Below are positions 1-8,843 of a stretch of DNA of 64,000 nucleotides, piece after piece. This DNA is from a candidate division WOR-3 bacterium. Lineage in GTDB: Bacteria; Hydrothermota; UBA3073; JACQXS01; JAGMCI01. The stretch lies in NCBI GenBank assembly GCA_023129325.1, contig JAGMCI010000012.1:37850-101849 (forward strand). Direction: 5' to 3'. Below the pieces are notes generated by a model. It was not told the origin of the DNA and made no database searches. It was given only the letters and a program-made list of their open reading frames with translations. The translations under genes were made by a program, and so were the position numbers. Every line of letters starts with the position of its first letter. The stretch's first letter is position 1.

Positions 1-1185
1 GACGAGGCTGAAATAAGGGGACATAGGAGGACTTATGTTGGTGCTTTGCCTGGCAGAATAATTCAAGGTATAAAGCGTGCTAATTCAAGAAATCCGGTTT
101 TTATGTTAGATGAGATTGATAAAATAGGGATGGATTTCAGGGGCGACCCGGCAGCTGCTTTACTTGAGGCACTTGACCCTGAACAAAACAAATATTTTTC
201 AGACCATTACTTAGATGTGGTGTTTGACCTTTCCAAAGTTATGTTTATAACTACAGCTAATGTAGTAGACCCAATTTTACCTGCTTTAAAGGACAGGATG
301 GAGATAATTAATCTTCCTGGTTATATTCTTGAAGAAAAGTTAAAGATAGCCAAAAACTTTTTAATTCCAAGACAGATAAAAGAGAATGGTTTGACCTCTG
401 AGCTTATCAGGTTCACGGATGGGGCTATTCGTGAGATTATTCAGGATTATACTCGTGAGGCTGGGGTAAGGAATGTTGAGCGTGAGATTGCTAATTGTGC
501 CAGGAAGGTTGCAAAAAGAATAGCGAAGAAAAGAAGTAAGAAGTTAGAAGTTAGAAGTGGGAAGTGGGAAATAACGAGGAATAGTGTATCAGAATTTCTT
601 GGACCTCCGAAGTTTTTTTCTGAAATAAGGGAGAAGGAAGGAGAAATCGGCGTAGCCACAGGTCTTGCTTACAGTCCTGATGGTGGAACGATTATATTTA
701 TTGAAGCAACAAAGATGAAGGGTAAGCATCAGCTTAATTTGACTGGGAAGTTAGGAGATATAATGAAAGAATCAGCTCAAGCTGGTCTTTCCTGGGTTCG
801 TTCAAAGGCAAGAAACTTAGGAATCAAGGAAGATTTTTTTGAGCATTATGACATTCACATTCATGTTCCAGAGGGTGCTATTCCAAAAGATGGCCCTTCA
901 GCAGGCATTGCCATAGTTACTGCTCTTGTCTCATTACTAAGGAACAAGAAAGTCAACGCAAGCATTGGTATGACAGGCGAGATTACATTGAGGGGCAAGA
1001 TTTTACCTGTAGGAGGGATAAGGGAGAAAGTAATAGCGGCAAAGCGAGCAGGGATTCAGACTATAATTTTACCTGACAAGAATCGCAAGGACCTCATTAA
1101 AATACCTTTCTATGTGAAGCGAGGGCTTAAATTCAAATTTGTAAAAGAGGTTGAAGAGGCTATAAATTTAGCAATAGAAGAATAA
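1..1185 (+). CDS. lon: ATP-dependent Lon protease, C-terminal part (5' end lies outside the window). An in-frame GGAAGT-type repeat at 536-570 adds [13 protein letters not shown].
   Basis: Frame 1 is open from nt 1. The translation contains ...[15 protein letters not shown]..., the P-loop-proximal region, and the catalytic-domain region DGPSAGIA...[19 protein letters not shown]. Confidence 0.9.
   Translation, partial: DEAEIRGHRRTYVGALPGRIIQGIKRANSRNPVFMLDEIDKIGMDFRGDPAAALLEALDPEQNKYFSDHYLDVVFDLSKVMFITTANVVDPILPALKDRMEIINLPGYILEEKLKIAKNFLIPRQIKENGLTSELIRFTDGAIREIIQDYTREAGVRNVEREIANCARKVAKRIAKKRSKKLEVRSGKWEITRNSVSEFLGPPKFFSEIREKEGEIGVATGLAYSPDGGTIIFIEATKMKGKHQLNLTGKLGDIMKESAQAGLSWVRSKARNLGIKEDFFEHYDIHIHVPEGAIPKDGPSAGIAIVTALVSLLRNKKVNASIGMTGEITLRGKILPVGGIREKVIAAKRAGIQTIILPDKNRKDLIKIPFYVKRGLKFKFVKEVEEAINLAIEE
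536..570 (+). repeat. GAAGTTAGAAGTTAGAAGTGGGAAGTGGGAA hexamer-type repeat, in-frame in lon.
   Basis: The same GGAAGTGGGAAG motif occurs at 3585-3610, 3661-3678 and 60584-60620. Each copy encodes a (G/R)KWEV(G) peptide. Confidence 0.7.
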
Positions 1186-1198
1186 AAAAGGTGAAATA

Positions 1199-1261
1199 CC
1201 TGCCTGCCCCACTCCGACAAGCGAAGCGGGACAGAGACGGCGAGGCAGGCAAGGTGGCAGG
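1199..1261 (+). repeat. GC-rich palindromic element, family A (51-bp core CCTGCCTGCCCCRCTCCGACAAGCGAAGCGGGACRGAGACGGCRAGGCAGG), intergenic copy.
   Basis: Near-identical copies at 3611-3661 (+), 12361-12411 (+) and 61216-61267 (-). GC content is far above the surrounding DNA. Confidence 0.85.
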
Positions 1262-1359
1262 TGAGATATGGAATGTTTTATGTGAAATGTTATATGTTAA
1301 ACATTAAACAATCAACATTTAACAATTAGCAATTAACAATAGTATTTACAGGGGGTGTA

Positions 1360-2943
1360 ATGAAATGTTCTAAGTGTGGAAAAAATTTGCCAGAGGATGT
1401 TAAATATTGTGTTTATTGTGGTAAAGCCATACTTATGGAATGTCCGGGATGTGGCAAAACTATTCTAACTGATAGTGAGGTTTGTAAATTTTGTCAGCTT
1501 AATCTTACAGATTATAAAAAGGTCATCCAGCTCTTAAAATCCGGCAAGGAACTTGAATCCGCCTCAGGCGGATTCAAATATGAGGAAGCGAGAAAGATTT
1601 ATGAACGCGCTGCAAAATTAGGAGTAGCAAAAAATAAGGTATTTAAATTACTGAACGGAGCAACTCAAAAGCTCAGGATAATCAAAGCCAAGAAATTTGA
1701 TGCAGAGAATTTTTTAAGAGTCCGAAAATTAGGCTTAGCAAAAGAGTCTTTTCTTGAAGTTCAAAAACTGCTTCCCAAGGATGAGGAGATTGCTTTGAAA
1801 TTAGAACTTATTGAGTCCAGGATTAGAAGCAGGGCTATAAAAATAAGATGGGCAGTTATAATTATAATTCTTCTTGCAATAGGCGTGGGTTTTTATTCTT
1901 ATACAAATAGTCTCACATATTTAGCAAAGAGGGGACTTAAATCTCTTTTAAGAAGTGAAGAAACTGACATAAGACATTCAGCTATTTTGGTATTAGGTGA
2001 ACATGGTGAGCGAGCTGCCCGTCCATGGCTCGAAATGCTTGCAAATAGTGAGAATGAGCAAAAGAGAGTTTGTGCGCTCGTCAGTCTTTTAAACTTTGGC
2101 GAGACTGAAGCCTTACCTATTTTACTTGAAATAATGCGTAAAGGCAGTATTCAGGCAAGCATTGGAGCTGCGTGGGCTTTAGCGGCTACTATGGATAGAA
2201 CAATTGCTCCAGAGCTTGGTGTTTACTTGAAAGGGAAGAACGATGCCCTTAAAATATCATCTGCGACTATATTACTAAATCTTGGCTATTCCTCGGGCAT
2301 AGGGGTAATAGAAAAATCTTTAGAAAACAAAAAAACAGCAACACGATTTGAAGGATTATATGCTCTCTATTTACTTGGAAGCAAAGAAGCCCTTCAATTA
2401 TTTATACCCCAAGAGTCCGACTTACTCAGAAATTTACTTGAAGACCCAAATGACGAGATTAGGCTCCTTTCTGCACTTCTATTAAATCAATTTGAACCTA
2501 ACTTAGCTAAAGAAGACTCAGTTGCTATAGCACAGATATTATGGGGAGAATTTGCCAAGAGGGAGTATTCTGCAACGGAGATGGAAGAAATTTCTACCAC
2601 ACATCCATTTTATATTGCTAAAGAGATAATTAAAGACAAAGGTGATGAATCCATAATGGAATTCAGTCCTTCGGCAAGAGAAATAAGAAAAAGATGCATT
2701 GAGGATTTATCCAAAATTGAACTTGGAGACGAATCGGTCAGGAAAGAGCTTGAAAAATCATTAACTTCATCTGCCTCAGACGGAGATAAATATGAACGTC
2801 TTGAGGCAGCTTTGGTGTTATTCAAGTTTGACAAAAAAAGAGCTACCAGAGTTTTAAAAGAATTGATAAAGGATAAAGATGAACTCTTAAAATTAAACAC
2901 TTGTAAATTAACCCTTATGCTTAAGCAAATACTTCAAATATGA
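1360..2943 (+). CDS. Membrane protein with an N-terminal double zinc ribbon, one TM helix and C-terminal HEAT (PBS-lyase-like) repeats.
   Basis: Two CxxC pairs occur twice in the first 50 aa. Hydrophobic stretch WAVIIIILLAIGVGF. Repeated ...A(A/I)..LG..G...A.P.L...L.. HEAT-like units. RBS aggggg 8 nt upstream of the ATG. Confidence 0.6.
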   Translation: MKCSKCGKNLPEDVKYCVYCGKAILMECPGCGKTILTDSEVCKFCQLNLTDYKKVIQLLKSGKELESASGGFKYEEARKIYERAAKLGVAKNKVFKLLNGATQKLRIIKAKKFDAENFLRVRKLGLAKESFLEVQKLLPKDEEIALKLELIESRIRSRAIKIRWAVIIIILLAIGVGFYSYTNSLTYLAKRGLKSLLRSEETDIRHSAILVLGEHGERAARPWLEMLANSENEQKRVCALVSLLNFGETEALPILLEIMRKGSIQASIGAAWALAATMDRTIAPELGVYLKGKNDALKISSATILLNLGYSSGIGVIEKSLENKKTATRFEGLYALYLLGSKEALQLFIPQESDLLRNLLEDPNDEIRLLSALLLNQFEPNLAKEDSVAIAQILWGEFAKREYSATEMEEISTTHPFYIAKEIIKDKGDESIMEFSPSAREIRKRCIEDLSKIELGDESVRKELEKSLTSSASDGDKYERLEAALVLFKFDKKRATRVLKELIKDKDELLKLNTCKLTLMLKQILQI

Positions 2944-5900
2944 ATATGAAACAGGGTTTACTTAAACATCAACCGCACCTGCCCGACATCCTGCAGGCGG
3001 GGATGAACGCAGACACTAATTTAGACTACAGACTGAAGACTATAGACCAAAGACTGATAAAGAGAGGTCTTTTGTCTTTGGTCTTATGTCTCTATCCGTG
3101 GTTTTTAATGGCTCAAAACTTGCAAGTAAATCTATATTCAGGAAATTACAAGATTCAAGAACTGAAAGATAGTGAGCACCAGATACTTATGGAAAACCTG
3201 CCCGACGGTAAGGCGAGTGGGTTTGTGAACTCTTTAATTCCTGGCAAACCGATACTTCCAGCCAAAACATATATGATTGTTATACCACCAGGAGTAGAAA
3301 TTCAAAGAGTAGATATTCAGGGCAGGAAGGTTGAGCTACCAGGGAAATATAATATTAAACTATCTCCACCTATTTTCCCAATAATAAGTGGTGATGCAAT
3401 AGCAAGCTATTGCACTCCGGGAGTGCGTTATTTATATCCAAAAGAAGCAGGCAAATACATTGGAAGAGGTGGTTTAAGAAAATATGAGTTCATAAAAGTA
3501 GTTTTCTTTCCTTTTACCTATTGCCCCGAGACACGGAAATTATTTTATACCTCCACCATAACAGTATCTATAGATTATACTCCAGGAAGTGGAAAGTGGG
3601 AAGTGGGAAGCCTGCCTGCCCCGCTCCGACAAGCGAAGCGGGACGGAGACGGCAAGGCAGGTGGGAAGTGGGAGGATATTGCAAGGGATTTGCTTATAAA
3701 TTATAATGAAGCTCAAAAATGGTATAAACCTTTTGTTGAAGCAGAGGCTTCAACCTACCCTAATTATGATTATGTAATTATTACCACTCCTTTTTGCACT
3801 ACTGCTATTGACACTCTTATAAAATGGAAAAAAAGAATGGGTTATAAGACAAAAGTTGTTACCAAAGACTGGATAGATATCAGTTATCTTGGTAACGACA
3901 TACAACAGAAAATAAGGAATTTTTTGCGAGATAAATATCTTGATTGGGGGATAGAATATGTGCTTATAGTTGGTGATACTATAATCCCAATGCGAACATG
4001 CGTAACATTTAATAATGCACACGGTCCAGGAGGCTGGCCGCCTGGATGGTATACTATACCGACAGACTTATACTATGCAGAACTTACTTATCCTGATAGC
4101 TTATCGTGGAATCTTGACGGAGATAATTATTATGGTGAGGTATGGGAATGGGCAGGGGATACAATCATTCCTGAGGGTGATGATGCTCCTGATTATGTCA
4201 CAGATGTCAGACTTGGCAGGATTCCCTGGAGTGACCCGGCGAAAATCCGTCACATATGTGAAAAAATAGTTTCCTTTGAGCAAAATACAGACCCTTCTTA
4301 TAAAAAAGCCTCACTCCTTGCTGGAGGTATGATATTTTACGAAAACGAGGATAATTACTATCATAAATATGATGGTGCAGATATTATGGAAGCATTGATA
4401 GACAGTGGTATTGTAGAGCCATCGCTTGCTGTTACTTTGTATGAGAAAGCAGGTCTTAGACCAAGTTTATACCCATGCACAGCTCCTATTACAATGGATA
4501 ATATAATAAATTACTGGAATAATCGTGCCATCTTTTATGAATTTAACCATGGAGGAGTAGACAAATTTTTTAGTAGAATCTGGGCATCGGACGATGGCGA
4601 CAGTATTCCAGAATCAAGTGAAATAACAAGAAACTATTTACTATACTCCAGCTCTGCGCCACAACTTGATGATACTCATCCAGCAGTTGGATTCTTGATG
4701 TCATGCGATTGCGGGAAACCTGAGGATGGTAATAACCTTGGAGCTGCACTTTTAGAGAATGGGAGTGTAAGCATAGGAGCAGCAACACGGGCAGCATGGA
4801 CTTCTGGAGAGTGGATGGTATATTATTTTTTTAAAAACCTTTTAAGAGACACAAGCTTAACAGGTAGTAAAGTGGGAGATGCGTTTGATATGGCAAGAAT
4901 TGAATATATGCAACTTAACCCCTGGTGGCTTAATACCTATACTATCAATCTTTATGGTGAACCATCATTGAACCATTTTGGTATTACACTGAAACCTAAA
5001 CTTACAGTATTTCCTGATACACTCAATTTTGAAATCACTATGACAGAGAACAGGAAACAGAGAGCTGATTCAATATACTACCACTCAATCTACCAAGATT
5101 TAGATTGTTACTCCTACCAGTATGATAAAGCTAAAATTGCTACTCGTTTTACCCCTCTTCAAAATCCATGCTGGGTAACTGGGTGCGAAATATTTGTTAT
5201 GCCAAAAGATACAATGCCATCGATTCCAGATACTGTCTTTTTGTATGGTGCGGATAATGATACTACGCCTGGAGAAATTCTCTCCACCAAAACATGGAGC
5301 GCCCCAATTTATGCTCCTGATTTCTGGACAATAACCGTTTCTTTTGATTCCTCTTCCCTGCCCGACGGACGGCAGGCGGGTATGATAAGAAGTGGCGATT
5401 TCTGGATTGGATACAACAGTATCACTGATGGGATTAATAATATCTGTGTATGCTCTGATATGACAATTGATAGTAGTGGACAAAATAGAAATAGGTATAC
5501 CTTTGACGAGACCTGGGCTGGTATTGACTATGACTGGGGCATCACAGCATTTGTTGATTACAGAATACCTGAAGATACCGCCATATTGTGGATTAAAAAT
5601 GATGGAAATGATATTTTAAATGTCTCAAGCATTAATCCCGCACCATATGGTGCGGGACAAGACTGGGTTGTATCTATAACACCAATTTCATTCCAAGTAT
5701 CTAAAAAAGATTCTGAGGCAGTTACTGTAATTGTCAGTTCTAAAGGACTCGGCAAGGGTATCTATCATGACTCACTTAAGATTATCTCCAATGATTCTGA
5801 TAAAAATCCATATTATGAGCCTGTAAAGTTTGTAATTACTGATAGTCAAATTACACCCCCGCAGGTGTCTCAATTGCTTGATTCAATAATCCCAAACCCT

Positions 5901-6143
5901 ATTCAGCCTGGGAGCCAAATTATATATTGGCTTCCAAAATCAAGCTGGGTCACACTGAAAATCTATGACTCAATTGGCAGACTGGTGCGAGTTTTAATAG
6001 ATGAGTATGAACAAGTCGGACGGCATACTATTTCGTGGGATATGAGAAATTCATACGGCACCCGGCTCCCAAGCGGCGTTTATTTTTATAAATTAAAAAC
6101 ACTTAATAAAAGCTTAACAAAAAAACTTATTTTAATTCGTTAG
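2940..6143 (+). CDS. Peptidase C25 (gingipain-like cysteine protease) with propeptide domain and T9SS C-terminal sorting domain. It carries in-frame GC-rich repeat insertions. The true start is uncertain; the signal-like segment LLSLVLCLYPWFLMA lies ~40 aa in.
   Basis: Catalytic-domain region YDYVIITT...YVLIVGDTIIPMRTC. Paralogous to 53954-57532. C-terminus IYDSIGRLVRVLIDE...GVYFYKLKT is a Por_Secre_tail-type CTD. Repeat insertions lie at 2976-3003, 3585-3678, 3735-3760 and 5356-5380. Confidence 0.75.
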   Translation: MNMKQGLLKHQPHLPDILQAGMNADTNLDYRLKTIDQRLIKRGLLSLVLCLYPWFLMAQNLQVNLYSGNYKIQELKDSEHQILMENLPDGKASGFVNSLIPGKPILPAKTYMIVIPPGVEIQRVDIQGRKVELPGKYNIKLSPPIFPIISGDAIASYCTPGVRYLYPKEAGKYIGRGGLRKYEFIKVVFFPFTYCPETRKLFYTSTITVSIDYTPGSGKWEVGSLPAPLRQAKRDGDGKAGGKWEDIARDLLINYNEAQKWYKPFVEAEASTYPNYDYVIITTPFCTTAIDTLIKWKKRMGYKTKVVTKDWIDISYLGNDIQQKIRNFLRDKYLDWGIEYVLIVGDTIIPMRTCVTFNNAHGPGGWPPGWYTIPTDLYYAELTYPDSLSWNLDGDNYYGEVWEWAGDTIIPEGDDAPDYVTDVRLGRIPWSDPAKIRHICEKIVSFEQNTDPSYKKASLLAGGMIFYENEDNYYHKYDGADIMEALIDSGIVEPSLAVTLYEKAGLRPSLYPCTAPITMDNIINYWNNRAIFYEFNHGGVDKFFSRIWASDDGDSIPESSEITRNYLLYSSSAPQLDDTHPAVGFLMSCDCGKPEDGNNLGAALLENGSVSIGAATRAAWTSGEWMVYYFFKNLLRDTSLTGSKVGDAFDMARIEYMQLNPWWLNTYTINLYGEPSLNHFGITLKPKLTVFPDTLNFEITMTENRKQRADSIYYHSIYQDLDCYSYQYDKAKIATRFTPLQNPCWVTGCEIFVMPKDTMPSIPDTVFLYGADNDTTPGEILSTKTWSAPIYAPDFWTITVSFDSSSLPDGRQAGMIRSGDFWIGYNSITDGINNICVCSDMTIDSSGQNRNRYTFDETWAGIDYDWGITAFVDYRIPEDTAILWIKNDGNDILNVSSINPAPYGAGQDWVVSITPISFQVSKKDSEAVTVIVSSKGLGKGIYHDSLKIISNDSDKNPYYEPVKFVITDSQITPPQVSQLLDSIIPNPIQPGSQIIYWLPKSSWVTLKIYDSIGRLVRVLIDEYEQVGRHTISWDMRNSYGTRLPSGVYFYKLKTLNKSLTKKLILIR
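3585..3678 (+). repeat. Family A element inserted in-frame in the C25 peptidase, flanked by GTGGGAAGTGGGA direct repeats.
   Basis: …ggaagtggaaagtgggaagtgggaag-[51-bp element]-gtgggaagtgggagg… The reading frame is kept open and encodes SGKWEVGSLPAPLRQAKRDGDGKAGGKWE. Confidence 0.85.
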
Positions 6144-6155
6144 TTAACGAGCCCT

Positions 6156-7412
6156 TTGATGAAAAGAAACATAGAAAGACACGCCTGCCTGACGGCAAGG
6201 CAGGGATATAGGCACGGAAAGATACACCCGCCTGCCCGCTTCGCCTGCCTCGCCCACGAGTCAAGGCGGGCCAAAGCTTCAGCGAGGCGAGCCATCTGTC
6301 GGGTAGGGAAATTTAATTCCTATCTTATTTTCTGGTCCATACGGATATTGGGAGTAATATTTTTAATCTTTCCTATCCGGATTTATGGAAATGAAAAACC
6401 CGATACTTCTTTATGGCACAAGTACGAAATTTTACCTAAAAAGGGATTGTTCAAAATAAAGAGAGAGTATTCATTTCCACTTCACGATATTCTTGGCAAG
6501 GAAAAAATTTATGCCCGATGCATTGCAGCTGCACCAATAGGAGGATTAAGAGAAGAAATTCAAATTTCACTTGTGAAAATCCCTTTAAAGAAAAAGATTA
6601 TCTTCCCTCTTGCTTTTGAAGAACTTCCTATTTCTGAATTGCAAAGAGAAAAGGAGCTTGAAATTTCAAAATCCGTAATTGAGGAGCAACAAGAACTCCC
6701 AAAACCAATAAAAATTGAAATTACACCGTTGGAAATAGAGAGACCTATAATTGCAGAAATCTCTCCACCAGCGAAAATAGAAACCAAGAAGATAAAAATA
6801 ACTGCTATTAAAGCCCTTGGAGTAATCAAAGAAGAAAGCTCAATTCCCCTTTTGAGAGAAGCTTTAAAAGAAAAAGAATGGAGTATAAAGCGTGAGGCTG
6901 CCGGGGCTTTAGCAGAACTTGGCGATACGATAGGACTTTCTTTTCTCAGGACAGCTCTTGAAGAGAAAGAAACAGCCAAGAAACTTGAAATCATAAGTAC
7001 TCTTGGAAGGATAGGAGATATTGCTTCAGTTCCGTTTTTAAGAAAATTGTTAGACCATAAGGAGTGGGCAGTAAGACGGGAAGCGGCTTTTGCCCTCTCG
7101 AAAATAGGAGACAAGACTGGTCTTTCATTCTTGCAAAGAGCAGTTGGTTCAGAAGACTCTAACAAAAAGATTGAGGCGGCGATGGCATTGGCAGAAATAG
7201 GAGATGACACTGGACTCCCGGAATTAATCTGTCAACTGACAGACAAGGATAGTCATACATCTGTGAGAATCGCGGCTCTTAAATCCATTGGAAAAGTAGG
7301 AAAAAAGAATATCATTCCTGTATTAAATGAGATAATGAAAAAAGACCCTGAACTCATAGTTAGAATTATAGCTTCAGAAAGTATATTAAAGATTAATAAA
7401 AGGAGGAAATAA
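6156..7412 (+). CDS. HEAT-repeat membrane protein, paralogue of the two flanking genes but without a zinc ribbon. The annotated 5' ~150 nt are a GC-rich repeat element, so the start is uncertain.
   Basis: TM-like ILGVIFLIFPI. C-terminal ~200 aa are tandem HEAT units (ALGVIKEESSIPLLREALKEKEWSIKREAAGALAELGD...). The first 50 codons translate the repeat element at 6183-6309. Confidence 0.55.
   Translation: MMKRNIERHACLTARQGYRHGKIHPPARFACLAHESRRAKASARRAICRVGKFNSYLIFWSIRILGVIFLIFPIRIYGNEKPDTSLWHKYEILPKKGLFKIKREYSFPLHDILGKEKIYARCIAAAPIGGLREEIQISLVKIPLKKKIIFPLAFEELPISELQREKELEISKSVIEEQQELPKPIKIEITPLEIERPIIAEISPPAKIETKKIKITAIKALGVIKEESSIPLLREALKEKEWSIKREAAGALAELGDTIGLSFLRTALEEKETAKKLEIISTLGRIGDIASVPFLRKLLDHKEWAVRREAAFALSKIGDKTGLSFLQRAVGSEDSNKKIEAAMALAEIGDDTGLPELICQLTDKDSHTSVRIAALKSIGKVGKKNIIPVLNEIMKKDPELIVRIIASESILKINKRRK
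6183..6309 (+). repeat. GC-rich element, family B, long form ~125 bp.
   Basis: The reverse complement of its 3' half matches 8214-8270 almost exactly (CCCTRCCCGACWGATGGCTCGCCTCGCTGAAGCTTTGGC…GGCGGG). A partial relative lies at 37544-37614. Confidence 0.8.
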
Positions 7413-8212
7413 TGAAATGTCCTTATTGTAAACACGAGATAGCCAATGATTGGTTATATTGTGGCAATTGTGGCATAAATATTAAAAAAGAAAATCAAGC
7501 AAAAAAAATCATCCAGTCGGGACTTGAATTTGAACATCAATTTGAGTATACAAAAGCTTCAAACGAATACAAAAAAGCACTTGAACTCGGTGTCCCTGAC
7601 AAAGAGATTCTTGAACTTCTTGAAAAAGTCACAAGGAAAGAACAAGCTATTATAAATTGGATGGAAAAAGGGAAGGAGTTCTTATCAAGTCGTGAATGGA
7701 AAGAAGCAATCCGAGCTTACGAAAATGTATTGAAACTAAAGCCCGTGGATGGTTATGTTAAAACAAATTTATTGCTTGCCAAAAGAAACCTTGCCCGTTC
7801 ACATAAACGTATCGGGATACGGATAACAGTTATTGTGATAATTATAGGTATAGGAACCTTTGGCTGGTATAGTTATACGCAAACTCCAAAACAAGTTGCT
7901 CAAAAGACATTGAAGCAAGGAGTTTTATCTCAAGACCTTCTTGCCAAACAATACGCAATTGAAGCTCTGGGCGGACTCAAGGACAAAAGATTTTTCCCTC
8001 TTTTGAAAGATGCTTTAAAGGATAAAAATCCTGCCATAAGAACTACTACAGCTAAAGCTCTTGGAGAATTTGGTGATTCTGCAGCTATTCCATTTTTAAA
8101 GGAGAGTTTATTTGATAAAGAATGGCAGGTAAGATATGCGGCAGCTCAGTCTTTGGCATTAATGGGGGACACTTCTGGAATCCAACTTTTAAAACAGGCA
8201 TTGAAAAGGTAA
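7412..8212 (+). CDS. Zinc-ribbon/TPR-like/TM/HEAT-repeat membrane protein.
   Basis: MKCPYCKHEI...YCGNCG zinc ribbon. TM segment ITVIVIIIGIGTFGWYSYT. Three HEAT units. The segment following its TM matches that of 1360-2943 (FYSYTNS / WYSYTQT), indicating paralogy. Confidence 0.6.
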   Translation: MKCPYCKHEIANDWLYCGNCGINIKKENQAKKIIQSGLEFEHQFEYTKASNEYKKALELGVPDKEILELLEKVTRKEQAIINWMEKGKEFLSSREWKEAIRAYENVLKLKPVDGYVKTNLLLAKRNLARSHKRIGIRITVIVIIIGIGTFGWYSYTQTPKQVAQKTLKQGVLSQDLLAKQYAIEALGGLKDKRFFPLLKDALKDKNPAIRTTTAKALGEFGDSAAIPFLKESLFDKEWQVRYAAAQSLALMGDTSGIQLLKQALKR

Positions 8213-8213
8213 T

Positions 8214-8270
8214 CCCTGCCCGACTGATGGCTCGCCTCGCTGAAGCTTTGGCGAAGCGGGCAGGCGGGCG
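8214..8270 (-). repeat. Family B element, short form, inverted relative to 6183-6309.
   Basis: Direct sequence comparison. Lies immediately after the stop of gene 7412-8212. Confidence 0.8.
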
Positions 8271-8298
8271 TCAGCTCATAGAGTCTGTAACTGACGGA

Positions 8299-8685
8299 TT
8301 AGATTTCTTCAAGTTCTCCTGGAGCACCAAAAAGAGATTCAATTTTTAAAGTGATAATCCTTCCCGTCCCCGTTTCTTCAAAGTTAATTCCAATCTCTTT
8401 CAAAAATTTCATTACCTCTTTGCCTGTATCCAGATTCTCGGTCACAGTCAGAACTGTCTTTGAATAGGCTCTTCCTTTTAAATCAAACCTTAAACCTGCA
8501 AATATTGGTACCTTATAAGCAAGTGCCTTCTCCATTGACTCAGAATCAATTGTAATTGCATCTTCTATCCCAAGTTCAACAAGACAGGAAAGGACATCAT
8601 CCAAATATTCCTCCTTATGCAAGATTATAATAAGTAAATACATAAGTCCCCCTATACAATTGTAAAATGCAAAAATTCTAAACAA
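8299..8685 (-). CDS. Small P-II-like (DUF190/nitrogen-regulatory-PII-fold-like) protein. An alternative start at 8643 is possible.
   Basis: ~110-aa core with an alternating beta/alpha pattern resembling P-II (LDDVLSCLVELGIEDAITIDSES...GRIITLKIESL). Lies last in the operon after the antiporter and the EIIA-like gene. Confidence 0.35.
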   Translation of the reverse strand: MFRIFAFYNCIGGLMYLLIIILHKEEYLDDVLSCLVELGIEDAITIDSESMEKALAYKVPIFAGLRFDLKGRAYSKTVLTVTENLDTGKEVMKFLKEIGINFEETGTGRIITLKIESLFGAPGELEEI

Positions 8686-8843
8686 ATATTAAATTCAAAA
8701 TCCCAATGCTCCAAATAGGAGTAATAACAGTTTGAAATTTGGAGAATTGGGATTTGTTTAGTCCTGAATTTAATTCAGGATCGGATTTAGGAATTAGGAT
8801 TTTAATTTTTAATTTGTCATTTTGCATTTTAATTTTTGAATTT

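Noticed and set aside
447-659. 70-aa minus-strand ORF inside lon
   Set aside because: Antisense to a highly conserved Lon protease coding region. No RBS. Spurious.
2610-2900. 96-aa minus-strand ORF
   Set aside because: Antisense within the zinc-ribbon/HEAT gene. Low-complexity.
6560-7210. 216-aa ORF on the minus strand
   Set aside because: Entirely antisense to the well-supported HEAT-repeat gene. Low-complexity, serine- and isoleucine-rich translation typical of the antisense frame of an AT-rich gene.
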